Of a DNA stretch of 64,000 bases, positions 25,522-34,697 are shown one piece after another. Numbering within the stretch: the first letter of the stretch is position 1; the number at the start of each line of letters is the position of its first letter. The notes under the pieces were generated by a model. The model did no database searches and was not told the origin of the DNA. It saw only the letters and a list, made by a program, of their open reading frames with translations. Both the position numbers and the translations under genes were made by a program. The DNA lies in contig JBJMKO010000144.1 in NCBI GenBank assembly GCA_045805805.1, positions 629 through 64,628 of the forward strand, written 5' to 3'. Source of the DNA: Solirubrobacterales bacterium (GTDB lineage: Bacteria; Actinomycetota; Thermoleophilia; Solirubrobacterales; 70-9).

Positions 25522-26220
25522 ATGAGGCAGGGAAAGCGACTTCCGTCACCAGGGTTCGCGATCGCGGTGCTGGCACTGTTCATGACGCTCGGAGGCACCG
25601 TCTACGCAGCGCAGAAGGCGAAGATCAGCGGCCGTGCGATCAAGGTGAAGTCGCTGCCCGGCAACCGGCTGAAGCCGGGCACGATCGCGATCGACCGGCT
25701 CAGTCCAGCAGCGATCTCCTCCCTCCACGCCCAGGGCTCGGGCCCGATCACGGGCGCCGAAATCGACGAGCTGAGCCTCGGCCAGGTCCCTGAGGCAGCC
25801 CACGCCGAGACAGCCAACACAGCCCTAAGCGCCGTGGAAGCCGAGACCGCCCTCAACGCCGTAAACGCGGTCAACGCCACCACCGTCAACGGCTACGAAG
25901 CGGGCTGCCTACCAGGCACCCAACCCTTCGCCGGAGCCTGCTGGCAAACCTCCGCCAGCGAAACAGCCCTAAACGCCCCAGCCGCTGCCACATCCTGCGC
26001 AACCCAAGGCGGCACCCTCCCCGAACCCCTACAGCTCTCAGCCTTCGCCCAACAACCAGGAGTAATCCTCGACAAAGCTGACGAGTGGACTGGTGATATC
26101 ACCAGTTACACCGCACCCGACCTCTACAGCGTCGGAACAGTCTCCGCGGCGGGAGTCGTCGCCTCGACATCATCAGCCAACACCAGAAAGTTCCGCTGCG
26201 TGATCCCACTGCTCACCTGA
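25522..26220 (+). CDS. hypothetical secreted/membrane-anchored protein
   Basis: 232 aa with an N-terminal anchor FAIAVLALFMTLGG, Ala/Asn/Thr-rich repeats (ALSAVEAETALNAVNAVNATTVNG) and a Cys-containing C-terminal domain. No family recognised. Confidence 0.6.
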   Translation: MRQGKRLPSPGFAIAVLALFMTLGGTVYAAQKAKISGRAIKVKSLPGNRLKPGTIAIDRLSPAAISSLHAQGSGPITGAEIDELSLGQVPEAAHAETANTALSAVEAETALNAVNAVNATTVNGYEAGCLPGTQPFAGACWQTSASETALNAPAAATSCATQGGTLPEPLQLSAFAQQPGVILDKADEWTGDITSYTAPDLYSVGTVSAAGVVASTSSANTRKFRCVIPLLT

Positions 26221-26244
26221 ACGCGCTTTTCGCGAGCCGCACAA

Positions 26245-26353
26245 GGCCGGCCCGGCAGGGGTGGAGCGTCTTGTACTTTTTCGCGAGCAACGCTTGAGCG
26301 CCAGCAATCCCGGCCTCTCGAAAAAGTTAAGCGGAACCCCTGCCGGGCCAGCC
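26245..26353. repeat. family-1 nested-hairpin repeat, copy 4 (forward orientation)
   Basis: Arms GGCCGGCCCGGCAGGGG (26245-26261) and CCCCTGCCGGGCCAGCC (26337-26353) pair at 16/17, with 13 consecutive perfect. Full core GGGGTGGAGCGTCTTGTACTTTTTCG...CGAAAAAGTTAAGCGGAACCCC. Confidence 0.9.
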
Positions 26354-26359
26354 TACGCT

Positions 26360-27121
26360 CTAGGTCTCAACCAACCCGCGCTCAAGCGCATAACGAACCA
26401 ACTCAGCCCGACTAGAAAGCCTCAGCTTCTGCTGAATATGAGCCCGATGGCTCTCCACAGTACGAATGCTTATATAGAGCTGCTCGGCAACCTCGGCATT
26501 CGTATGCCCAAGAGCAATCAACCGCAGAACATCCCGCTCGCGCTCGCTCAGCTCATCCGCCTGGCGCGCGTCGACCCCGGCGGCAAGACGGGCGCCGAGC
26601 GCCGGCTGAAGATAAGTGTCGCCTGCGGCCGCGCGGCGAACGGCCTGCACCAACTCGGCGTCCGCGGCCTCCTTCAGCACGTAGCCACGCACCCCCGTCT
26701 GCAGGGCGCGGCGAGCGAAGGCGGGCTCGTTCTGCATCGTCAAGACGACGATCTCGGTCTCGGGCGAGGCCTCCTGGATCTCCGGCACGGCGTCGAGGCT
26801 GGAGCGGCCGGGCATGTTGAGGTCGAGGATCAGCACCGTCGGCTTGTGCCCGCGGACATAGCGGACCGCGGTATCGGCGTCACCGGCCTCGGCGACGACC
26901 TCGAAGCCGGCCTCGGCGTCGAGCAGCATGCGCAGGGCGTTGCGCATCACGGTGTGATCGTCGGCGAGGACGATCGTGATCGCGGCCGCGTCATCCGCGA
27001 CGCTTAGAGCGGATTCGGGGCTCACTGCGACGAGGTTAGCGGCACCAACGGAGCCGTGGCTCATGCTCATGGAGCTATCTAAGCGCCCCCTGAGGCTTGC
27101 GCCATCGGGGTTTTCCCGCAT
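26360..27121 (-). CDS. NarL/FixJ (LuxR)-family response regulator
   Basis: Receiver domain (IVLADDH..., LILDLNMPG) plus a LuxR HTH (LSERERDVLRLIALGHTNAEVAEQLYISIRTVESH). The start may instead be an internal ATG (27070 or 27064). Confidence 0.88.
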   Translation of the reverse strand: MRENPDGASLRGRLDSSMSMSHGSVGAANLVAVSPESALSVADDAAAITIVLADDHTVMRNALRMLLDAEAGFEVVAEAGDADTAVRYVRGHKPTVLILDLNMPGRSSLDAVPEIQEASPETEIVVLTMQNEPAFARRALQTGVRGYVLKEAADAELVQAVRRAAAGDTYLQPALGARLAAGVDARQADELSERERDVLRLIALGHTNAEVAEQLYISIRTVESHRAHIQQKLRLSSRAELVRYALERGLVET

Positions 27122-27211
27122 CCTGGGTATAACAACAAGGTTTGAGTATCAAAGCGGTATCCCGGGTAAACGATTAACATGGGTTGCCTGGATAGTCGGA
27201 GGTGAGCTGAG

Positions 27212-28930
27212 GTGTCACAGGGGTACGACAGCGGCGCTCTCGATGAGCCCCGCCTGCGCGAGCTGATCGATGTCGGGCGCAGACTTGTCGCGGAGCTGGA
27301 CCCGGAGATCGTCTTTCGCCGGGTGCTCGAGGTCGCCTGCGACCTGACTGGCGCCCGCTACGCGGCGCTCGGCGTGCTCGACGAGGACCGCCAGGAGCTG
27401 AAACGCTTCATCACCCACGGCATCGACGAGGAGGCACGGCGCGCGATCGGCAACCTACCGCGCGGGCGCGGCGTCCTCGGCCTGCTGATCGAGCAGCCGC
27501 GGGCGCTGCACCTCAGCAACGTCGGCCACCATCCCCGCTCGTATGGCTTCCCGCCGGGCCACCCACCGATGGCCACCTTCCTCGGCGTCCCGGTGATGAT
27601 CCGCGGCCACGCCTGGGGCAACCTCTACCTGACCGAGAAGGCCGGCGGCGAATTCGACGAGGCCGACGAGCAGTCGGCGGCGATCCTCGCCGAGTGGACC
27701 GCGATCGCGGTCGACAACGCGCACCTCTACCGCAGCGTTCAGGGCCGCCGGGACGAGATGGAGCGGGCGGTCCACCGGCTCGAAGCGACCACCGAGATAT
27801 CCCGCGCGGTCGGTGGCGAGACCGACCTCGAGCGAATCCTCGAGATCGTCGTCAAGCGCGGGCGGGCGCTGGTCGAAGCGCGCTCGCTGCTGATCCTGCT
27901 CCGCGAGGGGGAGGAGCTGGCGCTCACCTCGATGGCCGGCGAGCGCGAGCCCAGCGCGGGCGAGCCGCGGATCCCGATCCGCGGCTCGGTCCCGGGACAG
28001 GTCCTGGAGGCGCGAGAGCCGCGCCGCGTCCAAGACCTCGACCCGAGCCTGATGGCGCGACCCGCCAGCCCGGACACCGGCATAGCCGCACTGCTCGTGC
28101 CGCTTGTCTTCCGCGGCCAGACCCTCGGCATCCTGGTCGCACTCGATCCCCTCGGCCGCGATACGGGCTTCACCGACGAGGACGAGGAGATCCTCCTCTC
28201 CTTCGCCGCGAGCGCAGCGATCGCCGTCGCGACCGCCCAATCGGTTGCCGAAGACCGCACTCGCGACAGCATCGCCGCGGCCGAGCGCGAGCGCGGCCGC
28301 TGGGCGCGAGAGCTGCACGACGAGTCACTGCAGAGCATGGCCGGCTTGCGGGTGCTGCTTTCCGCCGCCCGCCGGGGCGACGCCGAGGAAGTCGACCGAC
28401 TGCTCGTCCAGGGAATCGAGCAGGTCGACGGGGCGATCGCCGAGATGCGCCGCCTGATCGCCGACCTGCGCCCGACCACGCTCGACGAGCTCGGCCTCGG
28501 CGCCGCTCTGGAGGCGCTCGCCGAACGCCTCGCCGCGAGCGACATCGTCGAGGTCGAGATGAACGTCGATCTCGACGACCACTCCAGTGACGGAGGCGTC
28601 AGGCTGGCTCGCGAGATCGAGGACACCGTCTACAGGCTCGTTCAGGAGGCGCTCAACAACGTCGCCCGGCACGGGGAGACCGATCGCGCCAAGGTCGACG
28701 TGACCGAGGACGGCAAGATGTTGCGGGTGCGAGTCGCCGACAAGGGCAAGGGCTTCGACCCGCGGGTCAGGACGGAGGGCTTCGGCCTGACCGGGATGCG
28801 CGAACGCGTCACCCTGGCGGGCGGGACGCTGGAGGTGCAGAGCGGCCCCGACAAGGGCACGACGATCGTCGCCTCCGTCCCCGCCCGGCGCCGCAGCGAA
28901 TCCGACGAACGGCTGAGTAGAACTGCCTGA
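27212..28930 (+). CDS. tandem-GAF sensor histidine kinase (HisKA_3 type)
   Basis: 572 aa with a GTG start. Two GAF-like domains (HPRSYGFPPGHPPMATFLGVPV...GNLYLTEK), H-box ARELHDESLQSM, and an HATPase_c C-terminus. Transcribed divergently from the LuxR regulator. Confidence 0.88.
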   Translation: MSQGYDSGALDEPRLRELIDVGRRLVAELDPEIVFRRVLEVACDLTGARYAALGVLDEDRQELKRFITHGIDEEARRAIGNLPRGRGVLGLLIEQPRALHLSNVGHHPRSYGFPPGHPPMATFLGVPVMIRGHAWGNLYLTEKAGGEFDEADEQSAAILAEWTAIAVDNAHLYRSVQGRRDEMERAVHRLEATTEISRAVGGETDLERILEIVVKRGRALVEARSLLILLREGEELALTSMAGEREPSAGEPRIPIRGSVPGQVLEAREPRRVQDLDPSLMARPASPDTGIAALLVPLVFRGQTLGILVALDPLGRDTGFTDEDEEILLSFAASAAIAVATAQSVAEDRTRDSIAAAERERGRWARELHDESLQSMAGLRVLLSAARRGDAEEVDRLLVQGIEQVDGAIAEMRRLIADLRPTTLDELGLGAALEALAERLAASDIVEVEMNVDLDDHSSDGGVRLAREIEDTVYRLVQEALNNVARHGETDRAKVDVTEDGKMLRVRVADKGKGFDPRVRTEGFGLTGMRERVTLAGGTLEVQSGPDKGTTIVASVPARRRSESDERLSRTA

Positions 28931-29024
28931 GCGCCTGAGACCAAGCAGGTCAAGGACGCAGGGAGCGCCGCGTGCTCTGCACGCAAGCGACCGAGGACGC
29001 AGAGAGATGCGCCGGTTTCAGGCG
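28931..29024. terminator. long imperfect hairpin between convergent genes (possible bidirectional terminator)
   Basis: GCGCCTGAGACC (28931-28942) pairs with GGTTTCAGGCGC (29013-29024) at 11/12. An inner perfect stem GCGTGC-TCT-GCACGC is present. Two GGACGCAG(G/A)GAG direct repeats lie inside. No U-tract. Confidence 0.3.
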
Positions 29025-29025
29025 C

Positions 29026-29394
29026 TCAGGCGAGCATGGCCCGGTAGAAGCTGTAATCGCGGCGGTCGGGGCGCAGGTTGGAGGCGAGGGCCAGGTGGTG
29101 ACGGGCACGCTCCGTCTCCCCGGTCTTGGCCAGCGCCCGGCCAAGGCAGAAGTGGGCGTAGTCGTTGACCTGCTGGCGCTCGACCACGGCTCCGAACTCG
29201 ACCGCGGCGGCGGCGAAACGGCCGGAGCGGAAGTAGGCGCGCCCCAGCGCCTCGCGCACCGAGGCCTTCTCCGGGGCCCGCCGCGCTGCCTCCTCCAGTG
29301 GCGCCGCCGCCTCCTCGAAGTCCTCGTCCTCCAGCAGCTCGATCCCGCGCCGGTAGAGGGTGAAGGTCGAGTCGGGATGCGGCTGCGACGGCAT
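29026..29394 (-). CDS. tetratricopeptide-repeat protein
   Basis: 122 aa with TPR-like helix pairs (ALGRAYFRSGRFAAAAVEF, HFCLGRALAKTGETERARHHL). Confidence 0.65.
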   Translation of the reverse strand: MPSQPHPDSTFTLYRRGIELLEDEDFEEAAAPLEEAARRAPEKASVREALGRAYFRSGRFAAAAVEFGAVVERQQVNDYAHFCLGRALAKTGETERARHHLALASNLRPDRRDYSFYRAMLA

Positions 29395-29424
29395 CGATCA
29401 AGTGTAGGAGGCGGGCCTGCCCGG

Positions 29425-29454
29425 TTGACCCGTCTTCGTGAAGAACGGTAGGCT
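29425..29454 (+). promoter_or_regulatory. candidate sigma-70-type promoter for glnK-amt
   Basis: TTGACC (29425-29430), an 18-nt spacer, then TAGGCT (29449-29454). The spacer contains the small palindrome TCTTC-GT-GAAGA. Sequence pattern only. Confidence 0.3.
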
Positions 29455-29479
29455 CGCGCGCAAGGATGGGGGGCGAGGG

Positions 29480-29833
29480 GTGAAACTGGTGATCGGCATC
29501 GTGCGCCCGGAGAAGGCGAACGACGTGCTGGAGTCGCTCTTCCGCGCCGAAGTGCGCGGCGTCTCGATGAGCCGCGTACAGGGGCACGGCGGCGAGCTGG
29601 AGCGGGTCGAGACCTACCGCGGCACGACCGTGAAGATGGGGCTCTCCGACAAGGTCCGCTTCGAGATCGCGGTCTCCGACGACTTCGTGCAGGCCACGGT
29701 CGATGCCCTCTGCGAAGGAGCGCGAACCGGTGAGGTCGGCGACGGCAAGATCTTCGTCCTGCCCCTCGACCGGGCGGTGCGCATCCGCACCGGCGAGACC
29801 GACCATGGCGCGGTGACGCCGGTGGACGGGTGA
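29480..29833 (+). CDS. glnK: nitrogen regulatory protein P-II
   Basis: From GTG 29480: VKLVIGIVRPEKANDVLESL...RVQGHGG...TGEVGDGKIFVLPL, a P-II fold. Translationally coupled (GTGA) to the ammonium transporter. The symbol is inferred from that linkage. Confidence 0.85.
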   Translation: MKLVIGIVRPEKANDVLESLFRAEVRGVSMSRVQGHGGELERVETYRGTTVKMGLSDKVRFEIAVSDDFVQATVDALCEGARTGEVGDGKIFVLPLDRAVRIRTGETDHGAVTPVDG

Positions 29834-31140
29834 GCGCGGTGACGGTCTTCGCCGCGGCGGCGCAGGTCGACACCGGGGACACGGCCTGGATGCTGATCGC
29901 GACGGCGCTGGTCCTGATGATGACCCCGGCCTTGGGCCTCTTCTACGCCGGCTTGGTGCGCTCGAAGAACACCCTCAACACCTTCATGATGTCGATCGCC
30001 GCGATCGCGATCGCGATGGTCACCTGGGCCCTGGTCGGCTACTCGCTCGCCTTCGACGGGGACGGCAGCCTGATCGGCGGCCTCGGCTACGTCGGCCTGC
30101 ACGGCGTCGACTTCGTCCCCCGCGAAGGCACGACGATCCCCCACCTCGTCTTCATGGCCTTCCAGGCGACGTTCTGCATCATCACCACCGCCCTGATCTC
30201 CGGCGCGGTGGTCGAGCGGATGCGCTTCGGCGCCTTCCTCGTCTTCGCCGCACTGTGGTCGGTGCTGGTCTACGCGGTTCTCGCCCACTGGGCCTTTGGC
30301 GGCGGCTGGCTCGCCGCGGGCGGCACACTCGACTTTGCCGGGGGCGTGCCGGTGGAGATGGGCTCGGGCTTCTCCGCCCTGGCGGCGGCGCTGGTGGTCG
30401 GGACGCGCAAGGACTACGGGCGCTTGGCGCTGCTGCCCCACAACGCGGTCTACGTACTGCTCGGCGCCGGCCTGCTCTGGTTCGGCTGGTTCGGCTTCAA
30501 CGGCGGCAGCGGCTTCTCCACCGGCAACCCCAGCGTGCTCGCCTTCACCAACACGCTGCTGACGCCGGCCTGCGCGCTGCTCACCTGGTTCGTCCTCGAC
30601 CTGATCCGCGGCCGCAAGGTGACCGCGATCGGCGCCGCCACCGCGATCATCGTCGGCTGCGTCTTGATCACCCCCGCGGGCGGCTTCGTCAGCCCCGGCT
30701 GGGCGATGGTGCTCGGCTTCCTCGGCGCGCTCCCCTGCTACGCGATGATCGTCTGGCGGCCGCGCACCCGCGTCGACGAGACGCTCGACGTGCTCGCCGC
30801 CCACGGCATCGCTGGCTTCACCGGCATCCTCTTCATCGGCTTCTTCGCCTCGGCTGCCTGGAACGGCGTCTCCGACGGCCTCTTCTACGGCAACGCCGCG
30901 CAGCTCGGCGACCAGGCCCTGGCAGCGCTCGCCGCCCCCGCCTACGCCTTCTGCATGACCTTCGCCCTGCTCAAGCTGATCGGCCTCTTCATGCCGCTGC
31001 GCGCCAGCGAGCACGACGAGGCGATCGGCATGGACGTCGCCTACCACGGCGAGGAGGCCTACGTCACCGGCGAGGGTGCCGTTTTGGTGATGCCGGAGGA
31101 CGGGGACGCGATCGAGGTCCCGGTCGCCGACCCGGCCTGA
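29830..31140 (+). CDS. amt: ammonium transporter
   Basis: 436 aa with about 11 TM helices. Amt signatures are DTAWMLIATALVLMMTPALGLFYAG and HGIAGFTGILFIG. Confidence 0.92.
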   Translation: MSAVTVFAAAAQVDTGDTAWMLIATALVLMMTPALGLFYAGLVRSKNTLNTFMMSIAAIAIAMVTWALVGYSLAFDGDGSLIGGLGYVGLHGVDFVPREGTTIPHLVFMAFQATFCIITTALISGAVVERMRFGAFLVFAALWSVLVYAVLAHWAFGGGWLAAGGTLDFAGGVPVEMGSGFSALAAALVVGTRKDYGRLALLPHNAVYVLLGAGLLWFGWFGFNGGSGFSTGNPSVLAFTNTLLTPACALLTWFVLDLIRGRKVTAIGAATAIIVGCVLITPAGGFVSPGWAMVLGFLGALPCYAMIVWRPRTRVDETLDVLAAHGIAGFTGILFIGFFASAAWNGVSDGLFYGNAAQLGDQALAALAAPAYAFCMTFALLKLIGLFMPLRASEHDEAIGMDVAYHGEEAYVTGEGAVLVMPEDGDAIEVPVADPA

Positions 31141-31149
31141 GCAGCCCGG

Positions 31150-31205
31150 CCAGCCGTTCCGGTGCGCCCACCCGTCGTAGTCGCGGCGCACCCCGATCCG
31201 GCTGG
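31150..31205 (+). terminator. candidate terminator hairpin after amt
   Basis: Nested stems CCAGCCG...CGGCTGG and GTGCGCC...GGCGCAC begin 10 nt after the amt stop. No U-tract. Confidence 0.3.
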
Positions 31206-31380
31206 ACGAGTGTACGCGGATACCGCCAGTTGCAGGGCCAATTACGCGCAAACTGCTATGGTTGATAAGTCGGGCTTGGCGCATTCGCCACCCGAGAGGT
31301 TCCGTTCCCTCCGTGCGTTGCGTTGCATTTAGGGGTCGCTGGATCTCCCCTGAATCGCACATAGAAGGAGCAACAGAATC

Positions 31381-32589
31381 GTGTCATTTGCCGACCTCGG
31401 CATCTCCAAAGCCGTGGTGCGCGCGCTCGCCGAGCGCGACATCACCCAACCTTTCCCCGTCCAGCAGCTGGTCGTGCGCGACGCGCTCGCCGGCCACGAC
31501 CTGCTCGTCCAGTCCCCGACCGGGTCCGGCAAGACGCTGGCATTCGGCATCCCGCTGGTCGACCGCGTCGAGCCCGACGAGGGGCGGCTCTCCGCCCTCG
31601 TGCTGGCTCCCACCCGCGAGCTGGCAAGCCAGATCGTCGACGAGCTCGACTCGATCGCCCGCGCGCGGGGACTACATATCGCCGCCGTCTATGGCGGCGT
31701 CGGCTTCGGCCCGCAGACCAAGGCTGCCCGTCGCGCCGACATCGTCGTCGCGACGCCGGGACGGCTCGAGGACCTGATCGAGCGCGGCGTGATCTCGCTG
31801 GACCGGATCGACGTCCTCGTCCTCGACGAGGCCGACCGGATGCTCGACATGGGCTTCAAGCCGGCCGTCGCCCGAATCGTCGCCCAGACGCCGAAGCAGC
31901 GCCAGACGCTGTTCTTCTCGGCGACGCTGGAGGGCGCGACCGGCCAGCTCGCCGCCGCCTACACGCGCGAGCCACGCCGCCACACCCAGGCGGCACCGGA
32001 GCGCAACGAGGCCGAGATCGAACACCGCTTCGTCCACGTCGAGTCCCAGAGCGCCAAGCTCGACCACCTGGCCGGACAGCTGCGCGGGCCCGACGGGGGG
32101 CGCACGCTGGTCTTCGTCCGCACCAAGCGCGGCGCCGACCGGCTGGTCAAGCGGCTGCGCAGCCGCGAACTGGAGGCGGTCGCGATGCACGGCGACAAGA
32201 GCCAGGGCCAGCGCGAACGCGCCCTCGCCCGCTTCGAGCGCGGCGACGTCGAAGTCCTGGTCGCGACCGACGTGGCCGCCCGCGGGATCGACGTCGCCGA
32301 CATCGCCCACGTGGTCAACTTCGACGTTCCCGGCGACCGCGACTCCTACGTGCACCGGGTCGGCCGCACCGGCCGCGCTGGGCGCAGCGGGGCCGGAACC
32401 AGCTTCGTGCTGACCGACCAGGCCACCGAGATGCGCCGTATTGCCCGCGACCTCGGCCTTTCCCGGGAGTTCGATCAGAGCCTTGGGCACGTGGCTCGCG
32501 AGAAGCCGCCCGCGCAGCCGGGAGGAAAGGCGCCCTCGAAATCCGGGGGGAAGCGAAACCGGCGCAGGCGACGCAAGGTGCCCGCATGA
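31381..32589 (+). CDS. DEAD-box ATP-dependent RNA helicase
   Basis: 402 aa with a GTG start after GAAGGAG. Motifs: Q (FPVQ), I (SPTGSGKT), II (LDEADRM), III (SAT), VI (HRVGRTGRAG). The C-terminal tail is basic. Confidence 0.9.
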   Translation: MSFADLGISKAVVRALAERDITQPFPVQQLVVRDALAGHDLLVQSPTGSGKTLAFGIPLVDRVEPDEGRLSALVLAPTRELASQIVDELDSIARARGLHIAAVYGGVGFGPQTKAARRADIVVATPGRLEDLIERGVISLDRIDVLVLDEADRMLDMGFKPAVARIVAQTPKQRQTLFFSATLEGATGQLAAAYTREPRRHTQAAPERNEAEIEHRFVHVESQSAKLDHLAGQLRGPDGGRTLVFVRTKRGADRLVKRLRSRELEAVAMHGDKSQGQRERALARFERGDVEVLVATDVAARGIDVADIAHVVNFDVPGDRDSYVHRVGRTGRAGRSGAGTSFVLTDQATEMRRIARDLGLSREFDQSLGHVAREKPPAQPGGKAPSKSGGKRNRRRRRKVPA

Positions 32590-32987
32590 GCCGGGCGCAA
32601 GAGATGGCCAAGAAGTGGACATGCGAGGGCTGCGGCGTGTCCGCCGGCCGCATCGACGGCGAGCCGGTGCCGCTGCCCGAGGTCTGGAGCAATTCTGCGG
32701 AGGGTCTCTTCTGTCTGATCTGCCGGCGCGAACGCGCCGCCGAGGCGGCGCTCGAATCGGCGCCCAGCGACAGTCCCGTCGACGCCCGCGCCAAGCTCCG
32801 CCGCGCCGCCCTGATCGAGTTCGAGGTCAGCCGCACGCCCGACCATGCCGACGGCCAGATCGCCCGCGCCTGCCGCACCTCGGTCTCCGCGGTGACGCGG
32901 GCACGCCGCCGGCTGCAGCTGCCGGACCCGCCGCCGCCCTCGAAAGCCGCACGACGCGCTAAGCAACGAGCCACCGCGAGCCGATAA
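32586..32987 (+). CDS. hypothetical zinc-ribbon protein with possible C-terminal HTH
   Basis: 133 aa whose ATG overlaps the helicase stop (ATGA). Has CEGC...CLIC (CxxC-N27-CxxC) and a later segment DGQIARACRTSVSAVTRARRRL. Confidence 0.55.
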   Translation: MSRAQEMAKKWTCEGCGVSAGRIDGEPVPLPEVWSNSAEGLFCLICRRERAAEAALESAPSDSPVDARAKLRRAALIEFEVSRTPDHADGQIARACRTSVSAVTRARRRLQLPDPPPPSKAARRAKQRATASR

Positions 32988-33008
32988 GGGGACCGTGGTG
33001 GCTTTCGC

Positions 33009-33875
33009 GTGCAGCTAGGGATCGCCCTCGCCGTTGTCGCGGCGCTGATGACGAACCTCGCCTCGCTGCTCAAGCACCGCGGCTGCCATCGCGCCGCTCC
33101 GGTCTGCATACGGAGCCCGCTGCGCAGCGCGCGAGGATTGGCCTCGTCGCCGTGGTTCGCGGCCGGGTGGGGCCTCGCGGCGGTTGCCTGGCTAGTTCAT
33201 GTTGCCGCCCTCTCGATGGCGCCGATCTCGATCGTCCAGGCGGTGCTGGCCGGCGGCGCCGTCACCCTCGCGGCGATGGCGCAGCGCGTCTTCGGCGACC
33301 CGGTCGAGCGACGCCAATGGTTCGCGCTGCTGCTCGGCGGCTCCGGGCTCGCCCTGCTCGTCCTCACCGTCCCCCACTTCAGCGGCAGCCACTCCGGCTT
33401 CTCGATCGGCGCGATGCTCGGCTTCGAGGGCGGGCTGGCGCTGCTTGCCGCGGGGCTCGTCACCGGTCACCGCTCCGGGCGCCTCGCCCGCCACGGCGGT
33501 GTCCTGCTCGCGGCGATCGCGGGAACCCTCTTCGCCCTCGCCGGCATCGCGGTCAAGGGCCTGCTCGGAGCCGGGGACGTCTCGATCGAGGTAATCGCAC
33601 CCTGGATCCTGCTCATCCTGCTGGCCGGAATCCTCGCCCAGTACGCGGCCGCCGCCGGCCTACAACGCGGCGGCGCGATCGAGACGATCGGGCTGATGGG
33701 TCTGGTCGCAAACGCCGCGCAGATCGTCGGCGGCGTGCTCGTCTTCGGCGACCCGCTCTCCACCGACCCGCTCGGCCTGACCCTGCAGGCCGCCGCGTTC
33801 GCGATGGTCTGCACCTCGGCCCTGCTGATCCCGGCGCGGATCGACAACGCGAAGTCCCTGGCTGTCGCGACCTGA
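33009..33875 (+). CDS. integral membrane protein (DMT/NIPA-like topology)
   Basis: 288 aa with a GTG start and about 9 TM helices. The family assignment is tentative. Confidence 0.6.
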   Translation: MQLGIALAVVAALMTNLASLLKHRGCHRAAPVCIRSPLRSARGLASSPWFAAGWGLAAVAWLVHVAALSMAPISIVQAVLAGGAVTLAAMAQRVFGDPVERRQWFALLLGGSGLALLVLTVPHFSGSHSGFSIGAMLGFEGGLALLAAGLVTGHRSGRLARHGGVLLAAIAGTLFALAGIAVKGLLGAGDVSIEVIAPWILLILLAGILAQYAAAAGLQRGGAIETIGLMGLVANAAQIVGGVLVFGDPLSTDPLGLTLQAAAFAMVCTSALLIPARIDNAKSLAVAT

Positions 33876-33907
33876 ACAGCAGACCGCGCTCTGACACAAC
33901 CGCGACG

Positions 33908-34207
33908 CTACTCGCCAGGCTTCTTCGCGGTCTTGCCGGGCAGCAGAGTGAAAGCGGCGACCATCTCCGAGCCGATCACGAGGTCCTCCCCGTGGGAGTC
34001 GAGGCTGACCTTGCCGTGCGGCCCGGGCGGGATGGCGGGATCTCCCTCGACGAGGAGGGCGTCCACCCGGTGTCCGGTGGTCGCCTCGACCCTGACCGGG
34101 ATGTCCCCGTCCCGCTCGTCCCGAATTCCGGAAAGGACGTCGTGGAACCAGGAGGGCGGCTCCGAAGGAGGGCGCTCGTAGCGAGTTCCGATCTCAAAGG
34201 CAGTCAT
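33908..34207 (-). CDS. hypothetical protein
   Basis: 99-aa ORF with G/C-rich third positions. No family recognised. Confidence 0.45.
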   Translation of the reverse strand: MTAFEIGTRYERPPSEPPSWFHDVLSGIRDERDGDIPVRVEATTGHRVDALLVEGDPAIPPGPHGKVSLDSHGEDLVIGSEMVAAFTLLPGKTAKKPGE

Positions 34208-34274
34208 TGCCTTGGCAATCTACCCATGCCGGCCAGGCTGGGTCGACAGTCCGCCCTGCGGTTAAGGTGAACGC

Positions 34275-34697
34275 TTGAGCAAGCGTGGCTCGCACCCACT
34301 CGCCGACGGTTCGCACGTGACCGCCGTAGCCGGACGGTCTCGCCGGGCATCCGCATCCGTGCGCTCCGTCGACGAGGCCTGCTCCGCACTTGCATCCCGC
34401 CTGCGCGAGCGGCTCCCGGAGCTGGAAGCGGCTGTCGCAACCCGCACCTACGCGATCTCCGATCCCCGCCAGATCGCCGACCCCGCTTACCTGCACAGCT
34501 TGCACGGCGCCCTCACCGTTGCCCTCGAGTACGCCTTGACCGTCATCGAGCTTGGCGAGCGCCGTGCCCCCGACGTCCCACCGGCAATGCTCGCCGAGGC
34601 CCGACTGGCTGCTCGCGCCGGCGTTGCCCTCGACACCGTGCTGCGCCGCTATTGCGCAGGCAATGCCCTCCTCGGCGGTACTCCTCAATCGCATTAA
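34275..34697 (+). pseudogene. N-terminal fragment resembling PucR/CdaR-type regulators (truncated)
   Basis: 140 aa (TTG start) with LRERLPELEAAVATRTYAISDP...ALEYALTVIELGERRAPDVPPAMLAEARLAARAGVALDTVLRRYCAGNALL, like the N-terminal half of PucR-type regulators recalled from memory. It ends abruptly where vapC ends, and no C-terminal HTH domain is present. Confidence 0.4.

Noticed and set aside
26261-26350. Possible small peptide encoded by the family-1 repeat (VERLVLFR...KKLSGTPAG appears in several copies)
   Set aside because: The similarity simply reflects DNA conservation. The in-frame copy inside the ATPase gene is read in a different frame over the 5' half (TACTFSS), copies differ by frame-breaking changes, and there is no consistent start or RBS.
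27122-27211. Repeated GGGTA(T)AAC words in the LuxR/GAF-kinase divergent spacer as a regulator operator
   Set aside because: There are only two loose copies in a short AT-richer promoter region, which is not distinguishable from chance without comparative data.
29614-31362. 582-aa - strand ORF over the amt gene
   Set aside because: It is antisense to a clear ammonium transporter and has no recognisable motifs. It is a GC-driven open frame.
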